From: the human T2T-CHM13v2.0 reference genome, Homo sapiens
Assembly (NCBI RefSeq): GCF_009914755.1
Contig: NC_060942.1
Length of the DNA stretch: 64,000 nt
Reading direction: 5' to 3' (one strand)
The position numbers and the translations under genes were made by a program. This document shows, piece by piece, positions 9,870 to 21,800 of this stretch. How positions within the stretch are numbered: the first letter of the stretch is position 1; each line of letters starts with the position of its first letter. The notes below the pieces were generated by a model. That model ran no database searches and was not told where the DNA came from. It saw only the letters and a program-made list of their open reading frames with translations.

Positions 9870-12800
9870 TCTTTTTGTAGAATCTGCAAGAGGATATTTG
9901 GATAGCTCTAGCGATTTCGATGGATACGGGAATACCTTCATATGAAATCTAGACAGAGGCACTCTCAGAAACTGCTTTGTGATATCTGCATTCAAGTCAC
10001 AGAGTTGAACATTCCCTTTCTTAGAGCAGGTTTGAAACTCTCTTTTTGTAGTATCTGGAAGTGGACACTTGGAGCGCTTTGACGCCTTTGGTGAAAAAGG
10101 AAATGTCTTCCCATAAAAACTAGACAGAAGCATTCTAAGAAACTTCTTTGGGATATATGTACTCAACTAACAGAGTTGAACCTTTCTATTTAGAGATCAG
10201 TTTTAAAAAGCTCTTTTTGTGGAATCCGCAAGTGGATATTAGAATAGCTCTGAGGATTTCGTTGGAGACGGGATTACGTATAAAAAGTAGACAGCAGCAT
10301 TCTCAAAAGCTTCTTTGTGATGTTTGCTTTTAAATCGCAGAGTTCAATATTCCCTTCCGTAGAGAAGGTTTGAAACACTCTTTCTGTAGTATCTGGAAGT
10401 GGACATTTCGAGCGATTTCAGGCCTGTGTTGAAAAAGGAAATATCTTCCAATAAAAACTAGACGGAAGCATTCTCAAAAATTTCTTTGTGATGTGCGTCC
10501 TCAACTAACAGAGTTCATCCTTTCTTATGATACAGCAGTTTATAAACACTCTTTTTGTAGAATCTGCAAGTGGATATTTGCATAGCTCTAACCATTTCAT
10601 AGGAAACGGGAATACCTTCATATAAAATCTAGACAGAGGCACCCTCAGAAACTGCTTTGTGATATCTGCATTCAAGTCACAGAGTTGAACATTCCCTTTC
10701 TTAGAGCAGGTTTGAGACAATCTATTTGTAGTATCTGGTAGTGGACATTTGGAGCGCTTTGACGCCTTTGGTGAAAAAGGAAATATCTTCCATAAAAACT
10801 AGACAGAAGCATTCCAAGAATCTTCCTTGCGATATATGTACTCAACTACCAGAGTTGAACCTTTCTATTGATAGATCAGTTTTGAAAAGCTCTTTTTGTG
10901 GAATCTGCAATTGGATATAAGGATAGTTCTGAGGATTTCGTTGGAGACGGGATTGCATATAAAAAGTAGACAGCAGCATTCCCAGAAGCTTCTTTGTGAT
11001 GTTTGCTTTTAAGTCACAGAGTTGAATATTCCCTTCCATAGAGCAGGTTTGAAACCCTCTTTGTCTACTATCTGGAAGTGGACATTTCGAGCGCTTTCAG
11101 GCCTATGGTGAACAAGGAAATATCGTCCCATAAAAACTAGACAGAAGCATTCGCAGAAACTTGTTTGTGATGTGTGTCCTCATCTCACAGAGGTGACCAT
11201 TTCGTTTGACAGAGCAGTTTGGAAACACGCTTTTTGCAGAATACGCAAGTGGATATTTGGATAGCTGTAACGATTTCGTTGGATACGGGAATAACTTCAT
11301 ATAAATTCTAGACAGAGGCACTCTCAGAAACTGCTTTTTGATATCTGCATTCAAGTCACGGAGTTGAACATTCTCTTTCTTAGAGCAGGTTTGAAACACT
11401 CTTTTTGTAGTATCTGGAAGTGGACATTTGGAGGGCTTTGACGCCTTTGGTGAAAAAGGAAATGTCTTCCCATAAAAACTAGACAGAAGCATTCTAAGAA
11501 ACTTCTTTGGGATATATGTACTCAACTAACAGAGTTGAACCTTTCTCTTTATAGATCAGTTTTGAAAAGCTCTTTTTGTGGAATCTGCAAGTGGATATTA
11601 AAATAGCTCTGAGGATTTCGTTGGAGACGGGATGACATATAAAAAGTAGACAGCAGCATTCTCAGAAGCGTCTTTGTGATGTTTGCTTTTAAGTCACAGA
11701 GTTGAATTTTCCCTTCCATAGAGCAGGTTTGAAACAATCTTTCTGTAGTATCTGGAAGTGGACATTTCGAGCGCTTTCAGGCCTATGTTGAAAAATTAAA
11801 TATCTTCTCATAAAAACTATACAGAAGCATTCTCAGAAACGTCTTTGTGATGTGTGGCCTCAACTAACAGAGTTCAACCTTTCTTATGATACAGCAGTTT
11901 GGAAACACTCTTTTTGTAGAATATGCAATTGGATATTTGGATAGCTCTAAGTATTTCGTTGGAGACGGGAATATCTTCATATAAAATCTAGACAGAAGCA
12001 CTCTCAGAAACTACTTTGTGATATCTGCATTCAAGTCACAGAGTTGAAAATTCCCTTTCTTAGACCAGGTTTTAAACCGTCTTCTCGTGGAATCTGCAGG
12101 AGGATATTTCGATAGCCTTGAGGGTTTAGTTGGAAACGGGATTACATATACAAAGTAGACAGCAGCATTCTCAGAAGCTTCTTTGTGATGTTTGCTTGTA
12201 AGTCACAGAGTTGAACATTCTCTTTCATAGAGCAGGTTTGAAACACTCTTCCTGTAGTATCTGGAAGTGGACATTTCGAGCGCTTTCAGGCCTATGGTGA
12301 ACAAGGAAATATCTTCCCATAAAAACTAGATAGAAGCATTCGCAGAAACTTCTTTGTGATGTGTGTCCTCAACTCACAGAGTCGAACATTTCGTTTGACA
12401 GAGCAGTTTGGAAACACGCTTTTTGTAGAATCTGCAAGTGGATATTTGGATAGCTTTGCGGATTTTGCTTGAAACGGGAGTATCTTCCTATTAAACCTAG
12501 ACAGAAACATTCTCAGAAACTGCTTTGTGATGTCTGCATTCACGTCACGGAGTTGAACATTCCCTTTCATAGAGCAGGTTTGAAACTCCCTTTCTGTAGT
12601 ATCTGGATGTGGACACTTGGAGGGCTTTGACGCTTACGGTGAAAAAGGAAATATGTTCCCATGAAAACTAGACAGAAGCATTCTCACAAACTGGTTTGTG
12701 ATGTATGTCCTCAACTAACAGACTTGAACCTTTCTATTTACAGAGCAGTTTTGAAAGACACTTTTTGGAGACTCTGCAAGTGGATATTTGGAGAGCTTTA

Positions 12801-15800
12801 AGGATTTCACTGGAAACCGGAATATCTTGAGGAAAAATCTAGACAGAGGCATTCTCAGAAACTTCTTTGTGATGTGTGTCCTCAACTAACAGAGTACAAC
12901 TTGTCTTCTGATACAGCAGTTTCGAAACACTCTTTTTGTAGAAACTCCAAGAGGATATTTCGATAGCTCTAACGGTTTCGTTGGAAACCGGAATACCTTC
13001 ATATAAAATTTAGCAGAGGCACTCTCAGAAACTGCTTTGTGATATCTGCATTCAAGTCACAGAGTTGAACATTCCCTTTCTTAGAGCAGGTTTGAAACAC
13101 CCTTTTTGTAGTATCTGGAAGTGGACATTTGGAGCGCTTTGACGCCTCTGGTGAAAAAGGAAAGGTCTTCCCATAAAAACTAGACAGAAGCATTCTAAGG
13201 AACTTCTTTGGGATATATGTACTCAACTAACACAGTTGAACCTTTCTATTTATAGATCAGTTTTGAAAAGCTCTTTTTGTGGAATCCGCATGTGGATATT
13301 AGGATAGCACTGAGGATTTCGTTGGAGACGGGATTACGTATAAAAAGTAGACAGCAGCATTCTCAGAAGCTTCTTTGTGATGTTTGCTTTTAAATCGCAG
13401 AGTTCAATATTCCCTTCCATAGAGCAGGTTTGAGACACTCTTTCTGTAGTATCTGGAAGTGGACATTTCGAGCGATTTCAGGCCTATGTTGAAAAAGGAA
13501 ATATCTTCCAATAAAAATTAGACGGAAGCATTCTCAAAAATTTCTTTGTGATGTGTGTCCTCAACTAACAGGGTTCAACCTTTCTTTTGATACAGCAGTT
13601 TGTAAACACTCTTTTTGTAGAATCTGCATGTGGATATTTGGATAGCTCTAACCATTTCATAGGAAACGAGAATAACTTCATATAAAATCTAGACAGAGGC
13701 ACTCTCAGAAACTACTTTGTGATATCTGCGTTCAAGTCACAGAGTTGAACATTCCCTTTCTTAGAGCAGGTTTGAGACACTCTTTTTGTAGTATCTGGAA
13801 GTGGACATTTGGAGCGCTTTGACGCCTTTGGTGAAAAAGGAAATATCTTCCATAAAAACTAGACAGAAGCATTCTAAGAAACTTCTTGGCGATATATGTA
13901 CTCACCTAACAGAGTTGAACCTTTCTATTGATAGATCAGTTTCGAAAAGCTCTTTTTGTGGAATCTGCAATTGGATATAAGGATAGTTCTGAGGATTTCG
14001 TTGGAGACGGGATTGCATATAAAAAGTAGACAGCAGCATTCTCAGAAGCTTCTTTGTGATGTTTGCTTTTAAGTCACAGAGTTGAATATTCCATTCCATA
14101 GAGCAGGTTTGAAACCCTCTTTCTCTACTATCTGGAAGTGGACATTTCGAGCGCTTTCAGGCCTATGGTGAACAAGGAAATATCGTCCCATAAAAACTAG
14201 ACAGAAGCATTAGCAGAAAATTGTTTGTGATGTGTGCCCTCAACTCACAGAGTGGAACACTTCGTTTCACAGAGCAGTTTGGAAACACGCTTTTTGTAGA
14301 ATTTGCATGTGGATATTTGGATAGCTTTGTGGATTTCGTTGGAAACGGAAGTATCCTCATATAAAAATTAGACAGAAACATTCTCAGAAACCGCTTTGTG
14401 ATGTCTGCATTCACGTCACAGAGTTGAACATTCCCTTTCATAGAGCAGGTTTGAAACACTCTTTCTGTAGTATCTGGATGTGGACACTTGGAGCACATTG
14501 ACGCTTACGGTAAAAAAGGAAATATCTTCCCATAAAAACTAGACAGAAGCATTCTCACAAACTGGTTTGTGATGTATGTCCTCAACTAACAGCGTTGAAC
14601 CTTTCTATTTACAGAGCAGTTTTGAAAGACTCTTTTTGGAGAATCTGTAAGCGGATATTTGGAGAGCTTCAAGGATTTCATTTTAAACCGTAATATCTTC
14701 AGGTAAAATCTAGCCAGAGGCATTCTCAGAAACTTATTTATGATGTGTGTCCTCAACTAACAGAGTACAACCTATCTTTTGATACAGCAGTTTGGAAACA
14801 CTCTTTTTGTAGAATCTGCAAGTGGATATTTCGATAGCTGTAACGATTTCGTTGGAAATGGGAATACCTTCATATAAAATCTAGAGAGGCACTCTCCGAA
14901 AGTGCTTTGAGCTATCTGCTTTCAAGTCACAGAGTTGAACATTCCCTTTCTTAGAGAAGGTTTGAAACACTCTTTTTGTAGTATGTGTAAGTGGACACTT
15001 AGACCGCTTCGACCCCTTTGGTGAAAAAGGAAATGTCTTCCCATAAAAACTAGACAGAAGCATTCTAAGAAACTTCTTTGGGATATATGTACTCAACTAA
15101 CAGAGTTGAACCTTTCTATTTCTGGGTCAGTTTTGAGAAGCTCTTTTTCTGTAATCTGCAAGTGGATATTCGGATAGCTCTGAGGATTTCCTTGGAAACG
15201 GGATTTCATATAAAATATAGACAGCAGCATTCTCAGAAGCTTCTTTGTGATGGTTGCTTTTAAGTCACAGAGTTGAATATTCCCTTCCATAGAGCAGGAT
15301 TGAAACACTCTTTCTGTAGTATCCGGAAGTGGACATTTCGGGCGATTTCAGTCCTATGTTGAAAAAGGAAATATCATCCCATAAAAACTAGACAGAAGCA
15401 TTCTCAGAAATTTCTTTGTGATGTGTGTCCTCAACTAACAGAGTTCAAACTGTCTTATGATACAGCAGTTTGGAAACACTCCTTTTGTAGAATATGCAAG
15501 TGGATATTTGGATAGCTCTAACTATTTCGTTGGAAACGGGAATATCTTCATATAAAATCTAGACACAAGCACTCTCAGAAACTACTTTCTGATATCTGCA
15601 TTCAAGTCACAGAGTTGAATATTCCCTTTCTTAGAGCAGGTTTGAAACCGTCTTTTCGTGGAATCTGCAGGAGGATATTTGGATAGCTTTGAGGATTTCG
15701 TTGGAAAAGGGATTAAATATAAAAATAGAAAGCAGCATTCTCAGAAGCTTCTTTGTGATGTTTGCTTTTAAGTCACAGTGTTCAACATTCCCTTTCATAG

Positions 15801-18800
15801 AGCAGTTTTGAAACACTCTTTCTGTAGTATCTGGAAGTGGACATTTCGAGTGCTTTCAGGCCTATGGTGAAAAAGGAAATATCTTCCGATAAAAACTAGA
15901 CAGAAGCATTCGCAGAAACTTGTTTGTGATATGTATCCTCAACTATCAGAGTTGAACATTTCATTTGACAGAGCAGTTTGGAAACACGCTTTTTGTAGAA
16001 TCTGCAAGTGGATATTTGGATAGCTTTGTGGATTTCCTTGGAAACGGGAGTATCTTCATATAAAACCTAGACAGAAACATTCTCAGAAACTGCTATATGA
16101 TGTCTGCATTCACGTCACAGAGTTGATCATTCCCTTTCATAGAGCAGGTTTGAAACACTCTTTCTGTACTATCTGGATGTGGACACTTGGAGCGCTTTGA
16201 CGCTTAAGGTGCAAAAGAAATATCTTCCCATAAAAACTAGACAGAAGCATTCTCACAAACTGGATTGTGATGTTTGTCCTCAACTAACAGAGTTGAAACA
16301 TTTTATTTGCAGAGCAGTTTTGAAAGACTGTTTTTGGAGAATCTTCAAGTGGATATTTGGAGAGCTTTAAGGAATTCATTGGAAACGGGAATATCTTCAT
16401 ATAAAATCTAGACAGAGGCATTCTCAGAAACTTCTTTGTGATGTGTGTCCTCAACTAACGGCGGTACATCCTGTCTTTTGATACAGCAGTTTGGAAACAC
16501 TCTTTTTGTAGAATCTGCCAGTGGATATTTGCATAGCTCTAATGATTTCTTTGGAAACGGGAATACCTTCATATAAAATCTAGACAGAGGCACTCTCAGA
16601 AACTGCTTTGTGATATCTGCATTCAAGTCACACAGTTCAACATTCCCTTTCTTAGAGCAGGTTTGAAACACTCTTTTTGCAGGATCTGGAAGTGGACATT
16701 TGGAGCGCTTTGACGCCTTTGGTGATAAAGGAAATGTCTTCACATAAAAACTAGAAAGAAGCATTCTAAGAAACATCTTTGTGATATATGTACTCAACTA
16801 ACCGAGTTGAACCTTGCTCTTTATAGATCAGCTTTTTAATGCTCTTTTTGTGGAATCTGCAAGTGGATATTTGGATAGCTTTCAGGATTTCGTTGGAAAC
16901 GGGATTACAAACAAAATGTAGACAGCAGCATTCTCAGAAACTTCTTTGTGATGTTTGCTTTTAAGTCACAGAGTTGAACATTCCCTTCCATAGAGCAGTT
17001 TAGAAACACTCTTTCTATAGTATCTGGAAGTGGACATTTCGAGCGATTTCAGGCCTATGTTGAAAAACGAAATATCTTCCCATAAAAACTAGACAGTAGC
17101 ATACTCAGAAGCTTCTTTGTGATGCTTGCTTTTAAGTCACAGAGTTGAACATTCCCTTTCGTAGAGCAGGTTTCAGACACTCTTTCTGTAGTATCTGGAA
17201 GTGGACATTTCGAGTGTTTTCAGGCCTATGGTGAACAAGGAAATATCTTCCCATAAAAACCAGACACAAGCATTTGCAGAAACTTGTTTGTGATGTGTGT
17301 CCTCAACTCACAGAATAGAACATTTCGTTTGACAGAGCAGCTTGGAAACACGCTTTTTGTAGAATCTGCAAGTGGATATTTGGATAGCTTTGTGGATTTC
17401 GTTGGAAACGGGAGAATCTCCATATAAAACCTAGACAGAAACATTCTCAGAAACTGCTTTGTGATGTCTGCATTCACGTTACAGAGTTGAATATTCCCCT
17501 TCATAGAGCAGGTTTGATACACTCTTTCTGTAGTATCTGGATGTGGACACTTGGAGCGCTTTGACGCTTACAGTGAAAAAGGAAATATCTTCCCATAAAA
17601 ACTAGACAGAAGCATTCTCACAAACTGGTTTGTGATGTATGTCCTCATCTAACAGAGTTGAACTTTTCTATTTACAGAGCAGTTTTGAAAGACTCTTTTT
17701 GGAGAATCTGCAAGTGGATATTTCGAGAGCTTTAAGGATTTCACTGGAAACCCGAATATCTTCAGGTAAAATCTAGACAGAGGCATTCTCAGAAACCTCT
17801 TTGTGATGTGTGTCCTCAACTAACAAAGTACTACCTGGCTTTTGATACAGCAGTTTGGAAACACTCTTTTTGTACAATCTGCAAGTGGATATTTGGATAG
17901 CTCTAAAGATTTCGTAGGAAACGGGAATACCTTCATATAAAATCTAGACAGAGGCACTCTCAGAAACTGCTTTGTGATATCTGCATTCAAGTCACAGTGT
18001 TGAACATTCCCTTTCTGAGAGCAGGTTTGAACCACTCTTTTTGTAGTATCTGGAAGTGGACATTTGGAGCGCTTTGACGCCATTGGTGAAAAAGGAAATG
18101 TCTTCCCATAAAAACTAGACAGAAGCATTCTAAGAAACTTCTTTGGGATATATGTACTCAACTAACAGAGTTGAAACTTTCTATTTAGAGATCAGTTTTG
18201 AAAAGCTCTTTTTGTGGAATCTGCAAGTCGATGTTAGGATACCGCCGAAGATTTCGTTGGAGACGGGATTACATATAAAAATAGACAGCAGCATTCTCAG
18301 AAGCTTCTTTGTGATGTTTGCTTTTAAATCACAGAGTTGAATATTCCCTTCCATAGAGCAGGTTTGAAACACTCTTTCTGTAGTATCTGGAAGTGGACAT
18401 TTCGAGCGATTTCAGGCCTATGTTGAAAAAGGAAATATCTTCCCATAAAAACTAGACAGAAGCATTCTCAGAAACTTCTTTGTGATGTGTGTCCTCAACT
18501 AACAGAGTTCAACCTCTCTTATGATACAGCAGTTTGGAAACACTCTTTTTGTAGAATATGCAACTGGATATTTGGAGAGCTCTAACTATTTTGTTGGTAA
18601 CGGGAATATCTTCATATAAAATCTAGACAGAAGCACTCTCAGAAACTACTTTGTGATATCTGCATTCAAGTCACAGAGTTGAATATTCCCTTTCTTAGAG
18701 CAGGTTTGAAACCGTCTTTTCGTGGAATCTGCAGGAGGATATTTGGATAGCTTTGAGGATTTCGTTGGAAACGGGATTACATATACAAAGTGGACAGCAG

Positions 18801-21800
18801 CATTCTCAGAAGCTTCTTTGTGATGTTTGCTTTTAAGTCACAGAGTTGAACATTCCCTTTCATAGAGCAGGTTTCAAACACTCTTTCTGTAATATCTGGA
18901 AGTGGCCATTTCGAGCGCTTTCAGGCCTATGGTGAACAAGGAAATATCTTCCCATAAAAACTAAACAGAAGCCTTCGCAGAAACTTGTTTGTGATGTGTG
19001 TCCTCAACTCACAGAGTTGAACATTTCGTTTGACAGAGCAGTTTGGAAACACGCTTTTTGTAGAATCTGCAAGTGGATATTTGGATAGCTTTGTGGATTT
19101 CCTTGGAAACGGGAGTATCTTCATATAAAACCTAGACAGAAACATTCTCAGAAACTGCTTTGTGATGTCTGTATTCACGTCACAGAGTTGAATATTTCCT
19201 TTCATAGAGCAGGTTTGAAACACTCTTTCTGTAGTATCTGGATGTGGACACTTGGAGCGCTTTGAGGCTTACGGTGCAAAAGGAAATATCTTCCAATGAA
19301 AACTAGACAGAAGCATTCTCAAAAACTAGTTTGTGATGTATTTCCTCAACTAACAGAGTTGAACCTTTCTATTTACAGAGTAGTTTTGAAAGACTCTTTT
19401 TGGAGAATCTACAAGTGGATATTTGAGAGCTTTAAGGATTTCATTGTAAACCGGAATATCTTCAGGTAAACTCTAGACAGAGGCATTCTCAGAAACTTCT
19501 TTGTGATGTGTGTCCTCAACTAACAGAGTTCAGCCTTTGTTATGATACAGCAGTTTGGAAACACTCTTTTTGTACTATCAGGAAGTGGACTTTTGGAGCG
19601 CTTTGACACCTTTGGTGATAAAGAGATGTCTTCCCATAAAAACCAGACGGAAGCATTCTAAGAGAATTCTTTGGGATATAAGTACTCAACTAACAGAGTT
19701 GAACCTTTCTATTTATAGATCAGTCTTGAAAAGCTCTTTTCGTGGAATCTGCAAGTGAATCTTAGGATAGCTCTGAGGATTTCGTTGGAAATCGGATTAC
19801 ATATAAAAAGTAGACAGCAGCATTCTCAGAAACTTCTTTGTGATGTTTGCTTTTAAGTCACAGAGTTCAATATTCCCTTCCATAGAGCCGGTTTGAAACA
19901 CTTTTTTTGTAGTATCTGGAAGTGGACATTTCGAGCGATTTCAGGCCTATGTTGAAAAAGGAAACATCTTCCCATAAAAAAAGACAGAAGCATTCTCAGA
20001 AACTTCTTTGTGATGTGTGTCCTCAACTAACAGAGTTCAACCTCTCGTATAATACAGCAGTTTGAAAAAACACTTTTTGTAGAATATGCAAGTGGATATT
20101 TGAACAGCTCTAACTATTTCGTTCGAAATGGGAATATCTTCATATAAAATCTAGACAGAAGCACTCTCAGAAACTACATTGTGATATCTGTATTCAAGTC
20201 ACAGAGTTGAATATTCCCTTTCTTAGAGCAGGTTTGAAACCGTCTTTTCGTGGAAGCTGCAGGAGGATATTTGGATAGCTTTGAGGATTTCGTTGGAAAC
20301 GGGATTACATATACAAAGTAGACAGCAACATTCTCAGAAGCTTCTTTGTGATGTTTGCTTCTAAGTCACAGAGTTGAACATTCCCTTTCATACAGCAGGT
20401 TTGAAACACTCTTTCTGTAGTATCTGGAAGTGGACATTTCGAGCGCTTTCAGGCCCATGGTGAAAAAGGAAATATCTCCCCATAAAAACTAGACAGAAGC
20501 ATTCGCAGAAACTTGTTTGTGATGTGTGTCCTCAACCAACAGAGTTGAACATTTCCTGTGACAGAGCAGTTTGGAAACACGCTTTTTGTAGAATCTGCAA
20601 TTGGATATTTGGATAGCTTTGTGGATGTCGTTGGAAACGGGAGTATCTTCATATAAAACCTAGACGGAAACATTCTCCGAAACTCCTTTGTAATGTCTGC
20701 ATTCACGTCACAGAGTTGAACATTCCCTTTCATAGAGCAGGTTTGAAACACTCTTTCTGAAGTATCTGGATGTCGACACTTGGAGCGCTTTGACGCTTAC
20801 ACTGAAAAAGGAAATAACTTCCCATGAAAACTAGACAGAAGCATTCTCACAAACTGGTTTGTGATGTATGTCCTCAACTAACAGAGTTGAACCTTTCTAT
20901 TTACAGAGCAATTTTCAAAGACTCTTTTTGGAGAATCTGCAAGTGGATATCTGGAGATCTTTTAGGATTTCATTGGAAACCGGAATATCTTCAGGTAAAA
21001 TCTAGACAGAGGCATTCTCAGAAACTTCTTCATGATGTGCGTCCTCAACTAACAGAGTACAACCTGTCTTTTGATACATCAGTTTGGAAACACTCTTTTT
21101 GTAGAATCTGGAAGTGGATATTTCGATAGCTCTAACGATTTCGTTGGAAACGGGAATAGCTTCATATAAAATCTAGGCAGAGGCACTCTCAGAAACTACT
21201 TTGTGAGATCTGCATTCAAGTCACAGAGTTCAACATTCCCTTTCGTAGATCTGGTTTGATAGACTCTTTTTATTGTATCTGGAAGTGGACATTTGGAGCG
21301 CTTTGACGACTTTGGTGAAAAAGGAAATATCTTCCCATAAAAACTAGACAGAAGCATTCTCAGAAACTTGTTTGTGCTGTGTGTACTCAACTGACAGAGC
21401 TGAACTTTTCTTTCTACACAGCAGTTTTGAAAAACTCTTTTTGTAGTATCTGCAAGTGGATAATTGGATGGCTTTAAGGATTTCGTTGGAAATGGGTCTA
21501 CATTCATGTAAAATCTACACAGAAGCATTCTCAGAAACTTCTTTGGGATATATGTACTCAACTAACAGAGTTGAACCTTTCTATTTCTGGGTCAGTTTTG
21601 AGAAGCTCTTTTTCTGTAATCTGCAAGTGGATATTCGGATAGCTCTGAGGATTTCCTTGGAAATGGGATTTCATATAAAATGTAGACAGCAGCATTCTCA
21701 GAAGCTTCTTTGTGATGTTTGCTTTTAAGTCACAGAGTTGAATATTCCCTTCCATAGAGCAGGATTGAAACACTCTTTCTGTAGTATCCGGAAGTGGACA

